A DNA stretch of 64,000 nt from Octopus vulgaris (lineage: Eukaryota): NCBI GenBank assembly GCA_951406725.2, contig OX597827.1:37014001-37078000 (forward strand), read 5' to 3'. Positions 50,346 through 63,499 of this stretch are shown here, piece by piece (position 1 is the first letter of the stretch; the number at the start of each line of letters is the position of its first letter). Position numbers and translations under genes: made by a program. A model generated the notes under the pieces. It made no database searches. It saw only the letters and a list, made by a program, of their open reading frames with translations, and was not told the DNA's origin.

Positions 50346-51209
50346 TATGAGGTCTGATCAATAAGTATCTGGACTGTTGCCATAGTAATGAAGCTAAAGC
50401 ATGCAGAGTGAAGCCACCTGGCAAAGATTGACCTTGAAGAATGCTGTGCTTGCACTCAAAGTTCTAACATTCTAATTCACTTCTGCTGGTTACAGCAGTG
50501 CTTGGAAGGAAGGTGTGTAGCATGTGATAATTGCATTGACCATGACAGAGGAGGTTGTCATGACAATACCTGCTGAGAAGCCTGCGCAAAGTTGCAGAAA
50601 GTGTATGGAGAGGAGTGTATGAGCTTCACACAAGTGTACAAGTGGTTCAGACGTTTCCAAGATGGCTGAAAAATGTTGATATTGATGAACGTTTTGGGAG
50701 ACTCGCAACCAGCAAAACTGAGAAAAACATCATAGATGTGTGCAGCTGTGAGGGGAAATTGTCAAAATTGCCTGAGGATGTGCAGATTAGTTACAGTTCA
50801 GTTCAGTCCATAATCACTGAAGATTTGGGTATGAGATGCATGTCTGTCAAGTTTGTGCCAAAACTGCTTTCAATATTCGGGTTTCAGTTGCACAAGATCT
50901 TGATTGTGTTGAGAATGATGAAAGTTTTTGAAAACTTTGCGTAGGCCTCTGTGCAGATATCACCAAGCTTTTGGCAAAATTTGATGCGGATTCTCTAGTC
51001 AACTTTATCTGTTATGGTTAATGCAGCAATCACATGCTACACACCTTCCTTCCAATCACTGCTGTAAACAGCGGAAGTAAGCTAGAATGTTAAAACTTAG
51101 TGAGCAAGGACTGCAGAGTTTGAGGTTAATGTGTGCCAAATGGCTTCACTCTGTATACTTTAGCTTCGTTACTGTAGCAACAGTCTATATACTTACTGAT
51201 CAGATCATA
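50346..51209 (+). mobile_element. Mariner-derived element with ~210-bp inverted ends
   Basis: 50346-50558 is inverted at 51000-51209, with TA flanks. Internal remnants QVYKWFRRFQDG, DERFGRLATS and DLGMRCMSVKFVPKLLS. Confidence 0.85.
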
Positions 51210-51340
51210 TATATTGTTCCCATTCAGGTTTCCATTATACTTGCCTATATATTCCAAACAATAGATGACATATCCAGTCTGATGACAGCGAATGTGAAAT
51301 CCAAACAACTAGTTATGAGACACTACCTGTCATAACCACA

Positions 51341-51409
<69 letters not shown>

Positions 51410-51636
51410 TCTCATTACTACATGGGTTCTTGATGAACATTCAATAGAGATGTGAACCACATTTTGTCTTTTGCTCAAGAAAGTTGATAATTTATATTAA
51501 GCTGATTGCTTTATCTCACACATACACATATATGTGTATCATAATGTAAGAGTTGTAATGTATATAAAAATATATTTTATGAAGTGGAAATATTAACCAA
51601 TAAAGAATTCTGTACATTGGGTAGAGTGGACAGTTA

Positions 51637-53269
51637 CACTGGCAAAAATAAATTTAAGACCGATGATAAAAGTTCTATTTCTTACAAAATATATTATTAC
51701 ACCATACAAATTATTTTTATCTTTTACCCCTTATACAGAATTTATTTCTCTTTCGATTGATGCAGACAATAACTATTTTTATACAACTTGAAGAATTTCT
51801 AATGCTAAATTAATATAAATGTTTCAAATTTACTGGCAAAATTAGTTTAAGACCACATTGTTATAATTTTATTTAATGCTTAAGATTGTAGCAAAAATGA
51901 GCAACAAGAATGAAATACATATTAGTACTTTGTGCCGTAGCCTTTATTCTTAATAATAGCTGAACAACGCTTCGGCATTGAATTCGCTAAGTAATTACAA
52001 AATTCTATGGGAATGTTTTGCCATATTTCATTGATGTAATCGAATAATTTTTTAGATTAGATGGTTTTTTTAGCATGGACTTTTTTGGAAACATAATTCC
52101 ACAAGTTCTTGATCAGATTCAGGTCTGGGCTCTGGGGAGGCCATTCGATTACACCAATATTATGGTGATCAAAAAATTCCATAACCTTTTTGATTTTGTT
52201 CACAGGACTATTTTCCTGCTGAGGAATAGCCCCTAGAGACGTTTGGTGAGTCAAATATGGCACAACATTATCCTTTAGAAGATTCATATAACCTACACTA
52301 TTTAGCTTTCCATCAACTTTAACTAGAGGGCCAACACCAAAGTTACTAAAAGCTGTCCACACCATCACTCTCCCACCCCACTTGCGCCATCTTTTTCATG
52401 CCTTTCAGATGGAATTCCTCAGTTGGTTGACATCTGACATATGTTTTACCATCTGATCCAAATATACAGAAGCATGGCTCGTCACTCCAAAGGACCCTGC
52501 ACCAATCTTTGGCGGTCCATTGAGCATGACCTTTTGTGAAATTCAGGCGTTTGAGTTGATTTCTTTTGGATATTATAGGTTTTTTTCCTAGTGATTTGTC
52601 CATGTAGTCCAAATTCTCTCAAATGGTTGCGGACGGTTTGTGGTGTAAAAGTAGCACCATTCCCGTTGGACACTTGTTTACAAATGTCAACAGCTGTCAG
52701 CATTCGGTTGCCTTCCGAAAGTCCTTGGATTTGATGGACCAACTGCACTGTCGTTTTTCTTGGGGCGCCAGACCTTTGCTGATCTTTATATTGACCAGTC
52801 TCCAAGTATAACTTCCACACTTGCACACAAACCGTTTTACTGCACTTTAGTTGCTTGCTGATGTTTGAAAAGGAAACCTTTTTGCTGGTGGAGTAATATG
52901 ATTTTTGCTCTCGTGACTGGACTGAGGCTATGCTGTTTTCCCATTATTAATCAATTGTATAATAACGTTAAATTATAACACTACATAGTGCAGTTAGGCT
53001 TGTTGTGTGACCACCCATTATGGCAAAAAATTTGCATACATATTACATGGTCTTAAACTAATTTTGCTGGTAAATTTAAAACGTTTATATTAACTTAGCA
53101 TTAGAATTCTTCAAGTTGTATAAAAATAGTTATTGTCTGCATCATTCGAAAGAGAAATAAATTTTGCATAAGGTGTAAAAGATAAAGATAATTTGTATGT
53201 TGTTAGTAACAGTATATTTTGTAAGAAATAGAACTTTTATCATCGGTCTTACATTTATTTTTGCCAGTG
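51637..53269 (-). mobile_element. Full-length Tc1-family transposon with ~220-bp IR/DR terminal repeats
   Basis: cactggcaaaaataaatttaagacc ... ggtcttacatttatttttgccagtg; inner DR ctggcaaaattagtttaagacc at ~51833; TA at 51635-51636. Confidence 0.95.
51922..52944 (-). pseudogene. Frameshifted Tc1 (DD34E) transposase
   Basis: ATG at 52944; motifs RSGAPRKTT, VLWSDE, QQENSP, WPPQSPDLNLIKNLW, ending GYGTKY*; split over three frames. Confidence 0.9.
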
Positions 53270-53914
53270 TGTGTTTATAATGTCAAAATTTGACAGACTT
53301 CAGTATTTTGCTCCGGTCTTGGCTGTTTACAGTTGTCGTGTGTGTGTGTCTTTACATATACATACACTCACATATACAAGTTGTGCCATACCTAACTAAT
53401 GACAGTCTTACCTCTCAGACATTCTACCAATCTCTATTAATACAGCTGGGGAATATATGTGGTTCCCTTGTGGGATGGTCATTAATACAAAGAAAATACC
53501 CATCCCCTCACAACATGAGGTGGGAATAGAAATTTTGGAAATTTTGGAATTACAAGGAAAAAATGCATAGAGTTCACCTATTTATTTTGTGTGTGTGTGT
53601 GTTTACTTATTACAAGTGATTACAATTTTTAATTGGTAGTTACCTTGTATAGCATTATTTCATTATTTATAGAATTCGTCAACATTTCACTTATTAATGA
53701 GACATTTCATTAGAATTAAAGATGGAATTAATCACAATTTGGAGAAAATTCATGGAATTTTTTTTTTTTTTTCCTTCAAAGAACATTAGTTTAGGAATTA
53801 AGAAAAAGATAGAATGTTCTTTGCATTTACATACAGAATAATTGCAATTTTCAAAGGAAATTCTTCCAGCTGGTAATGTTATATTTTAAGCAATGAACAA
53901 ATATGTACCTACAG

Positions 53915-54080
53915 AGGTGCAAGCATGGCTGTGTAGTTGTGAAGTTTATTTCACGACTGGATGGTATGAGGTTCAGTTCCAATGCGTGGCACTTTCAACA
54001 ACTGTCTTCTTCTGTAGCCACTGGTTAACCAAAACCTTATGAGGGGATTTCTAGATTGAATCTAAAAGAAGCCTGTTATA
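53915..54080 (+). mobile_element. Degraded SINE family B head
   Basis: catggctgtgtagtt..ggttcagttcc..gtggcacttt. Confidence 0.6.
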
Positions 54081-54167
54081 CATGTTTGTGTGTGTGTGTG
54101 TGTGTGAATGCATGCATGAATAGATAGTTATGTGTGCACATGTGTGTTTCTGTATTTGTTTACATTT

Positions 54168-54560
54168 GTCATCATCATCATCATCATTGTTTAATGTCCA
54201 TTTTCCATGCTAGCAAGGGTTGGATGGTTTGACCGGGGTTTGGAAAGCCAGGAGGCTGTGTCAGGCTCCAGTCTGATCTGGCAGTGTTTCTACAGCTGGA
54301 TGCCTTTCCTAACGCCAACCACTCCATGAGTGTAGTGGGTGTTTTTTACGTGCCACCAGCACAGGGGCCAGAGGAGGCTGGCTACGGCCACACTCAGTTG
54401 GTGCTTTTTACGTGCCACCAGCAAGGAAGCCAGTCAAGGTGGCACTAGCATCGGCCATGTTCGGATGGTGCTTTTTACATGCCACCGGCATGGGTATCAC
54501 AACTATAATTTACATTTGATTTTCATTTTGATGTTGATGTACTTGACTCAATAGGTCAAT
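54168..54560 (-). mobile_element. RTE-type 3' UTR fragment with ~60-bp units
   Basis: Close match to 21705-22090. Confidence 0.8.
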
Positions 54561-55714
54561 ATGTGCTTTCTGAAAATTGCTGTGCTACAAATTTTGATGT
54601 TATTGTCATTTCTCATGGTAATTAATCTGCCATTGCTTCATGCCTTTGTGTGAAATAAGAGATCCCTTGCTTGAAAAACAGGAAGAGCATCCAAGTATAA
54701 AACAATGCCTCAATAACATGTTTGTCAAACTCATTCTTTCATAGAAAAACTGACATGGAAACAATGTATACATATGTGTGTGTATATGTATGTATGTGTG
54801 ATTGATTTGATTGTTATCAATTTCCATGTAGTTCTTCAACCCTTCAGTAAAACATACCATTACATTAACCATATATTTCTTGATACGATCCTTCTGTCAT
54901 ACCACTTACTCCACCATCAAATTCTCTAACAATCAACAAATTTATCAAAAATATTTTGTTTATTCCAGTCATTGATTCATCTGTTTTTTTCCAGTGTCAC
55001 TGTTTGATTGTGTTGGTAGTGTTTTGAATTAGAATACCATTGCCATCATCATTGATGATATTATCAGCATCATCAGCACTAGCATTATCATCACCTTCAA
55101 CAGTATCAGTGCAATCATTCTTACATCTGTCACTATCACCATTGACTGTAATAGCATTGTTAGCATATCTGACTGTCTCTTCTTCCACTTCACCTGTTTC
55201 CTTCATCTCTCTATTCCTCTTCTATCTCTACTTCCTCATCAGTCACATCTTGATCATTACCATCACCAATACTGACAGTCATTATTGCTTTCATTACTTT
55301 ATCGCCAAAGCTATCCATATTGGCATCCAGCCAGTGGCACATTATGGGTTGTGAAATTGTGGTATAGCACAGATAGTGGTATGGTGGTGTTGTGAATATT
55401 GTAATACAATCATATAGTATGGGCAGTGGTATACTGGTGTATTAAACATTATGATAATGTGTTGTAGACAATGAAACCTAGTGTACAAAACATTCTATAA
55501 ACTGATCATGTGTTACTTTCCTTTTTCACTCTCCTTCCATACTTCATCGTTAATCTTTGTGGTTACACTAATAATATCTAATTATTTCATTTTCTAAGTT
55601 TTCTAAGTTTACTAAGTGTAATGTTCTGTGACGTCGATTTGCTTATATGTTTCCTTTATTTCTTGATGCTTTATTTTCAACCAACTTTGCTATATATTAT
55701 TCTACTAATATTGT

Positions 55715-56089
55715 TATATACACTCTACCAACACTGGTATATACAGTCTTCTAACATAATTATATACACTCTATTAACACTGATATGTACTCACCCATTA
55801 CAAGTATATAGACTGTACCAACATGAGTATAAACACTCTAACGACACTGGTGTATACAATCTACCAAGACTAGTATATACATTACAAATACTGATGTAAA
55901 CAGTTTACCAACATTATCATATTGACTCTACCAATGCTGGTATATACAGTTTAACAACAGTGATATGTGCACTCTAACAAGACTGATATATAATCTCTAC
56001 CAACACACTCTAACAACATTAATATATACTCAGTCTACCAACATTGGTTTACACACTCTCTATTAATACTAATATACACAGACAGCTAT

Positions 56090-56169
<80 letters not shown>

Positions 56170-56450
56170 TCTACCAACACTGATATATGTAGTCTGTCAA
56201 CATTATTATATGCACTCTATTACCAGTAATATGCGTAATCTTCCAACACTAGTACATACACTCTTCTGACACTGTTATACATAGTTTACCAATATTATTA
56301 CTTACACTCTAGCAACACTGGTATGTGCACTCTTGCAACATTGTTATATACATTCTATTAACACTATTGAATACATGCTTCTAACACTGTTATATATACT
56401 CTACCACCCCAGCTGCATATATTCTGAATACTTTATAACAGCTTATTAAC
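55715..56450. repeat. Degenerate ~22-24-bp minisatellite (ctctaccaacactg(g/a)tatataca) with an embedded (TA)n
   Basis: The core recurs throughout the interval with high divergence. Confidence 0.8.
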
Positions 56451-56474
56451 ACTTCTTCACATTGTAATCTATCG

Positions 56475-57281
56475 TATGAGAAAGTAACTAGAAACGTTCT
56501 CTGTGGGACAACCCTATTGTACTTTAGGCTTCCACCACTAGAAGCCACTTGATGCAACCCTCAGGCATCAGTCTGCTGACTGGTGTTAATGGTGAAGTTG
56601 GACTGCCACATGGTGCATCTTTGTTTTGCAGTGCTTCTCCCATGTTTGTCGATTTTTGCGATAGCTGAAATGAAGGAACAGCGTACTTCCATGATATTCT
56701 GTTTTCTGCTGGGGAAAACAGTGGCCAAAACAGTTGTCATGATTCAAACAGCTTACAAAGATGCTGCCATGAGCAAAGCACAAAATTATAAATCATTTCC
56801 ATGCTTTAGAAATGGTTACTTGTCGCTTGAAGATCAAACTTGTTCTGGACAACAGTTGACCTCCCAAACGAATGAAAACATCATGAAAATTCATGAACTG
56901 ATCAAGGAAAAGTGAATGAAAAGTGTTGGAGGAAATTTGTGCCTCACTTGCTCACAGAAGATCTAAAGCAGTCACAACTGAATGCAGGTTGTGAACTGAA
57001 AGAACAACTGGAAATTGATCCTGACCTTTTTCCAAACGTTATCACTGGTGTCAAAAGCTGGTGCTACGGAATTTGCAGATGTGGAAGAGGTGAAGAAAAA
57101 ATGATGGCAATGTCAAAAGGCATCACTTTGCAAGAGTTTCAGTACTACTTCAAGCAGTGGAAAATGCATCTGGACTTATACATTGGAGAATACCTTGAAG
57201 GCAATAAAAGTGTAAACATGTAAAACTAAGTGAATAAAATAACATTGCAAAATTCTGGTTCCTTTTGGGTACCCCCTTGTA
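56475..57281 (+). mobile_element. Internally deleted mariner transposon
   Basis: EQR..IFCFLLGKT..AYKDAAMS, KFVPHLLTE, ITGVKSWCY and GEYLEG; right end ttttgggtacccccttgta. Confidence 0.85.
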
Positions 57282-57399
57282 TATTGTTGTTTCCTGGTGT
57301 GACTCTTAATTTCTTTCAATTTATTTATGATCCAATGAAAGAAGACTACTGACTTTCTCACATTATTATCGGTATCATCGTACTCAAGAAGACCTACTG

Positions 57400-57660
57400 A
57401 CCACAGCAGAATTAATATCTAAAGCCAAGGTGCAACATAAAAGCATTGGAGTGGGTGTTAGTGCCATGTAAAAAGTACTTATGTTGGTGCCACATAAAAA
57501 GTATCCAGTGCACTGAGTAAAGTGGTTGGAGTTAAGAAGGGTATCCTGCTGTAGAAACCAAGCCAAAGCAGATCTGGTGCAGCCCCCAGGCTTGCCAGTT
57601 CTTGCCAAGCTGTCCAACCCATAAAATGAATGTTAAATGTTGATAATGATAATGATGATT
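57400..57660 (+). mobile_element. RTE-type 3' UTR fragment
   Basis: ggtgccacataaaaagtatcc..ctgtagaaacc with a (GAT)-like tail. Confidence 0.65.
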
Positions 57661-58869
57661 CTGCCACTGCCACTGGTGATGATGCTGTTGTCCTTAGCAT
57701 TTTCAAGTGTAATTTTTCTTTAGAAATTTGAAAAAATGATCTATAATTCTTTGAAGTAAGCTTACCCTTGATATCCAGGTATATACAAAACAAAGAAGAT
57801 CTGGTTTTATAGTTATTTTCCTAGTCATTTCCACACCTAACAATTCTACTTTTAAAATGGCCACTGAACACATCTACAGTACTTGATAAAATATTCCAAC
57901 AACAGAGGGAATAAAACACAGCACAAAAACAAAGTATATGACTGGATGTACAAAAAAAAGTAAAGACATGAACATTTAATAAAAATAACAAGTACGTCAA
58001 GACATCCTCTCAACCAAGAAAAGATATACAAGTGTGATGATAAGAGATATGATGTAGATCCATGGCTAAGTATTAACATTGTATTGCAGTGTGAGTGAGT
58101 TGCAAGAGCCAATGGAAAGTAACATGAGGCCAGGGTGCCTTAAAATAGATTTACAAGCCTTAACGATCCCACAAAGCCAGAAAGCCATTGTAAAACTGTA
58201 CCCAAATGAGGGAACTGAGACATGAGCCATGATATTGATGCTACAGGACAAAAAGTATTGTTGATACATTTGTCATTTTAAGAATCATTTCAGAACCCCT
58301 TGCCCCAAAGAACTAGAAAGACACGTAAGAAACCCAGAAACAAAAGTAATGAAGGCTAACAGAAACATTAACAATAGTAAGAAGCCCCAGCTTCTGGAGC
58401 ACCCTCAATCAAAACTCTGAAAAAAGCAGTAAAAAATAATTTTATTCGCAATCCTGGAAAGAAGTGAGTAATAATTCTATTGTCTAACAACAGAAACTAG
58501 TAACACCATCCTAACATCTTGTGATGTGGAAGAAATACTAGGCTCACATGTTGAATTGGTAAAATAAGAACTTTTCTGGAGAGTTTCCAGTGACTAGTTC
58601 AAATGCATATACAAAAGTAAGAAGACCGTGATCATGAGGGCCAATCTGGGGATTAATTATTTAGACTTACTGAACTGTAGGAGTAATGTTTGTTGGTGAC
58701 AAGTAATGTTGCTATCTGTGTGACTGGATCTTGTAATATGGGTAAATTCACAGTACCATAAACATAGCTATATCCAAAGAAGTTGGTTGATAAAATAAAG
58801 CGACTGTTTCTTTCTTGAAAGTTAAGGTCTTTCAAATGCCGACAAGCAAAACGAAAATCAACATCATCA

Positions 58870-59090
58870 TCATCCTGCAAGCTGACAGCATTGTTTTTGC
58901 ATTTGACAAAATGCTTAGCAATATTTCCTCCAGCTTTATTGTTCTGAGTTCAAATTCCACCAATATTTTGCCTTTTGTCCTTTTGTGGGGCAATGAAATG
59001 AGTACAAGTTAAGCACTGATGTAGATGTAATCAACTTGTCTCCTCCCTTAGAAATTTTTCAAGCTTTGTACCTAGAGTAGAAAGGGTTAT
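58870..59090 (+). mobile_element. Degraded SINE family A
   Basis: gagttcaaattcc..ttttgcctttt..aaatgagtac..; TTA tail. Confidence 0.65.
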
Positions 59091-59119
59091 TATTATTGTT
59101 GCTGTTAACATTATTCACA

Positions 59120-61100
59120 GTGTGCACAAATGTTTTACATTCGCAATCAATGTCCTTAATACTGGGTCACTACCAGTTTCCTTAGATATTGAGGTCTTTT
59201 CTTACAATCCTTACTGTTCCTGATAGAGCAGATTTCTGAGTTAATGCTACTCTCATAGTTACACAATTTTCAATAAAGTAACTGTTAAGTCTGTTAGTGA
59301 CAATACCTTGGGCACCTGTAACAACTAGCATTACTTTTGTAGAAACCTCCTACAGTCTTCACATTTCCTTAACCAAATCCTAGTATTTTCTTATTTTCTT
59401 CTATCTATTCTTTGACTGCTACATTCCTTTCCACAGACATAGCCACATCTATGACAATGCACTCTTCCCCCCCCCCTTGTCCAGAATGATAATAACTGGT
59501 AACTTTGCACGGAGTTTGTGATTAAGTCTGTACATTAAAATTTCATAAAACTTTATGCTAATTATTCTCTGTTACACTATCTGGTTAATGTTGGCACCAT
59601 TTTCTTCCTACTTTAAATCCTCTTTGCTGTAACGTGTCCTAGTATAAGTGTATTGGCCAAACAATTGAGTCTGCACCTGTTTTCTTCTGGCTAAAGGACT
59701 CCATAATAGATTCTTCCTTCTCATTACATACTCTGCACTTTGCACTTTTCACAGAATGTCTGTTTTTGCCTTAATGATATTTGTTCCAATGACTGGCTTT
59801 GAGCATCCATTATGAGTCCTGTTTCTGAAGTTCTCCTTTCTTCACTCACAACCAAGACTCATCTGCTGCAATGTCCTGAGGTTGTCTGAGATGCTAACCA
59901 TGTGGTTCCTCTCCCCAGATATTTCTCTCTTGCTCTTGTTTTCTTTTTGTATTCCATTGCAGTCTATGCAGCTTCTTTCTCCTCTCTTCTGGCAGCTGAA
60001 ATCAGTCTTTCTGAGTTGCTTCTCACATTCTCTTCTATATGACATTTTGCCATTCCTACACATTCTTCTATTGATATCACTCCTTTTCCCCCACCTTCCA
60101 TGGTATAACAATGAACACTGTCTCTGGTTTTACGATTTGCCTCTTAATTCCTCCTCAGTCCAGTTAAGGAAAGCTTCAGAATATCATATTAGAGACACCT
60201 CCAATGTGTTTACTGCAGAGATGTTCTCCCTCCTTACAGTTTTGAGATATTCATTTCTCACTTCTTTCATTTCTTGACAGAGACTTCTCTCTACTTCCAA
60301 CACACTTACACACTTGTAACTGTCACTCTCATTTATTGTTTGAATTGATGTCTAACCTTGGAGTTTAATCTCTTCTGATTCAGATATTTTTCTTCTCATT
60401 ACCAGCACCACACATTTATCTATTCAAGACTCCATACTAATGTCATCATTCACAACTATAACAGTCTGGACTAATGAAACTAAAGCCTCTTCACTTTCGG
60501 CAAATAATTTCAAGTCATCCATAAATAGGAGGTGGTTTATTTTCTATGGCATTATTTAGCCTCTTTCAAGGTCAAAGTATGAGGGATAAGACCAACCACA
60601 AATAGCAGTGGTGAGAGTGTATGATGACTTCACCCAACTAATTTTGACCTTGTGTTAGTATAGTTCTCCATTTTGGCAAACTGTTTTGTAAAAGCAGGGA
60701 CAACATTCTCAGCCAAATATATTGAGGCATTGCGCCTTTTAGTAATCAACCCATACAGTTGCTAAGTGTTTTTTCCTGTCATTTGTCCCTAGAACCTTTC
60801 CTATATCCTTTCTATTCTTCTGGTAGTAGATCTCCCTTCTCATGATACTTGTGTATATCCTTTGAAATAACACCTCTTAGCAAATTCCACATCAGTGAAA
60901 GGCAAGTTACTAGTCAGTAGTTGCTTAGAATATTTCTTTTACTTTGATCTTTCAATATCAACACTGTCCTGCCTTTTGTTATCCTTCAGAAACATTTGTC
61001 TCAATACAACTATTTAGTTGTGTGCTCATTTTATCATGAAGCGCAGTGAAATGTTTTAGCAAAAATCCCTGAACCAAATCTGGTCCAGGGGGACTACCAA
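59120..61100 (-). mobile_element. Degenerate R4/Dong retrotransposon (RT + CCHC + RLE)
   Basis: Minus strand: PGPDLVQGFLLKHF (~61075), INHLLFMDDLKLFA (~60520), KCRVCNEKEES (~59730), CIVIDVA and QKSALSGTVRIVRK. Confidence 0.85.
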
Positions 61101-61104
61101 TTTT

Positions 61105-61315
61105 GGTAAGCTGACAGAACTGCTAGCATGTTGTATATAATATGATTAGTGACATTTTATCTGTCTTTATGTTCTGAGTTCAAATTCTGCTATAGTTAAC
61201 TTTGGCTTTCATCCTTTCAGGGTTGATAAAATAAGTACTAATCGAGAACTGGAGTCAATATAATTGACTTAACCCATCTTCCAAAATTGCTGGTTGTGTG
61301 CCAAAATTTGAAACC
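61105..61315 (+). mobile_element. SINE family A
   Basis: gagttcaaattctgc..ctttcatcctttcagggttgataaaataagtac. Confidence 0.8.
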
Positions 61316-61860
61316 ATCTCATATCAAGATAAGCAGCGTATGACCTTGCAGGTGGGGCCTAGTTAGAATTTTCGTCAGCTTAAGTAGCCCATCCCGCTCA
61401 AAAGGTCCTTGAATAAGGATCGTATAAGGATATTGAACAAAACACCCATGTTTCCAGAGGTGAATTATTCAAACCCCAAATAATTTGTATCGATACATGG
61501 CTATGATGCTTCCTCACTACTTCTGCTCATGATCAGAGATGAACATATCATCAGCCACTAAGGGACATGCTCAACTGGTTAAGGTCAAACAACTGACAAG
61601 CAAATCAGTGGTATGGAGCTGAATATTTGCTGTATTCCATTTTTATACCAACACAAAACATGTACATGATAACACTTCCAGTGAGTTAAGATCAGAAGCC
61701 ATGAGAGCCACTGTCCGGTACTGCATCAAGGCATTTATTATTATTATTATCGTTATTATTATTGAGTGAGAGAGCAATGCATGCCATCAAAGTGACACTG
61801 GGGTACAAATATATGAAGCCATATATATTCATCATGCCTACTTGTCTCATAAGGGTATAT
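61315..61860 (-). mobile_element. Element X body (61315-61735) plus the tail of a second copy (61762-61860), separated by (TAA)n
   Basis: Reverse-complement match to 13870-14410. Confidence 0.75.
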
Positions 61861-63029
61861 CATCATCATTCATGCTTTGCTTTGGTAATCTGATATTTCA
61901 TTTTTGACACCAAAACAAAGAATTGTGTTTATCTCCAAAATTATCTATAGGTTAAGGCATCAAAATGGAAAGTTATTAGAGTGTTGAATATAATGTATTA
62001 TGGTATTTGTTCTGATACCCTGTACTGTGAATGCAAATCCTTCAACATCAACTTTGCTTTTCATCCTTTCAGGATTGATAAAAAAAACACAAAAAACTAA
62101 AGCACCAATGGGTTGGATTGGCAGAACTATCAGAAGATCAAACAAGATATTCTGTAGTATCTCCTGTGCTTCTTTATATTTTAGCAGCAACACCTGCCTG
62201 CAGTGCTACTGATGCTAAGGTGTATTAGACCAAAGTGGTGGCCTGTTCCTTGATTAAACATTTGTGTCATGGACAGGAGAGATTTATTTGAATGGTCAAC
62301 TGTCATTTTTCTTCAAAAAGCCTTTTACTAACCTGAAGATATATGATCAGTCTCCCTTAACACATGTTTATTGTTATATTCAAATACTTTATAGGAATGT
62401 GTTAACAATATTTGCAAACAAAACATTGCTATTTTCTGTGCCAGTTCTTCTAGATAACCTGGAAATGTCATCACGGATGCGGTAGTGCATGATTGTATTT
62501 TATATCATGTTGAAATAAAATGTTGAGCCTTAAGTATTTTGATACCACCTCACCTGAGACCATCCAAGTCTCAGGTGAGGTGTCATTATTAAACTGTTTA
62601 TATTCAAATTAAAACTTTGCATCAATTTGATGCCGGAACTTTTCATTAAATCGTTACAAACACCAGCTGGTAGTATCAATAAATGAAAAAGTTAGCTGTT
62701 TTACAGAATTCCACCAAAGATTAGATTACTTTAAAAATAAATTGAAACATATGGCCATCATATTTCATTGATAGATATAAAAATACGAAACAGTTAGCTG
62801 TCACATTGTCTTCAGCAGCTGAGTGAGTGTCACTCCTTAATTTCATAATTTGCTTTTTCTTCATATTGCAGTCATTTATTGTTGCTATGTATATTATCAA
62901 ATTTATTCTTATAATTCTTTCTTCTTCTCATCCTTCGGTAAAATTTCATCTTTATTTTGTGTTTTTTTCTACCCAACCAAAATCAACTCATTGCAGTGTT
63001 TTGCATTTGTTTTTGTCTTATATTCTATA

Positions 63030-63420
63030 GAATATATTCTGTGGAACATGAGTGCAGTGTCTTATGCTATTTTTTCTCCGTGTTGTATAAAGACTTGAGT
63101 TCGTGTAATGGGGTGGAGTTATATATTTGTTGGTATCATTTTTTAATCATCCCAAAGGTATCTGTTGCTATGGCAATTGCTTCTGTTTTCAGTCCCTACA
63201 TTTCAGTTATCTTTATTTCTTCTTATTTATATTTTGACAGTTTCTCTCTTCTAGAAAAATATTGTCATTTGTTAAAACTGACACATGGATTAGAAGGTAT
63301 TTGTTTTCCTTACAATCTTTGACAATGTTATTTAATCAATTTCCCTCAATGTTCCTTGTATGTCCCTGAATATGGTTCTGTGCTTTTCTTGGGAACTTTC
63401 TGGTGTATGTTTATACTAGC
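63030..63420 (-). mobile_element. Highly degraded R4/Dong RLE-domain fragment
   Basis: Minus strand: LLIHVSVLTNDNI..EKLSKYK..EIKITEM*GLKTEAIAIATDTFGMIKK. Confidence 0.6.
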
Positions 63421-63499
63421 ACTTTTCTGTTTGTCTTTTTTAATACTAGCATAATCCTCTGTCTAGGAAACCTCAAACTCTGTTACACACACACATCAT

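Noticed and set aside
57860-58660. Possible Penelope RT remnant (IVKLYPN)
   Set aside because: Too degraded to call without an HMM search.
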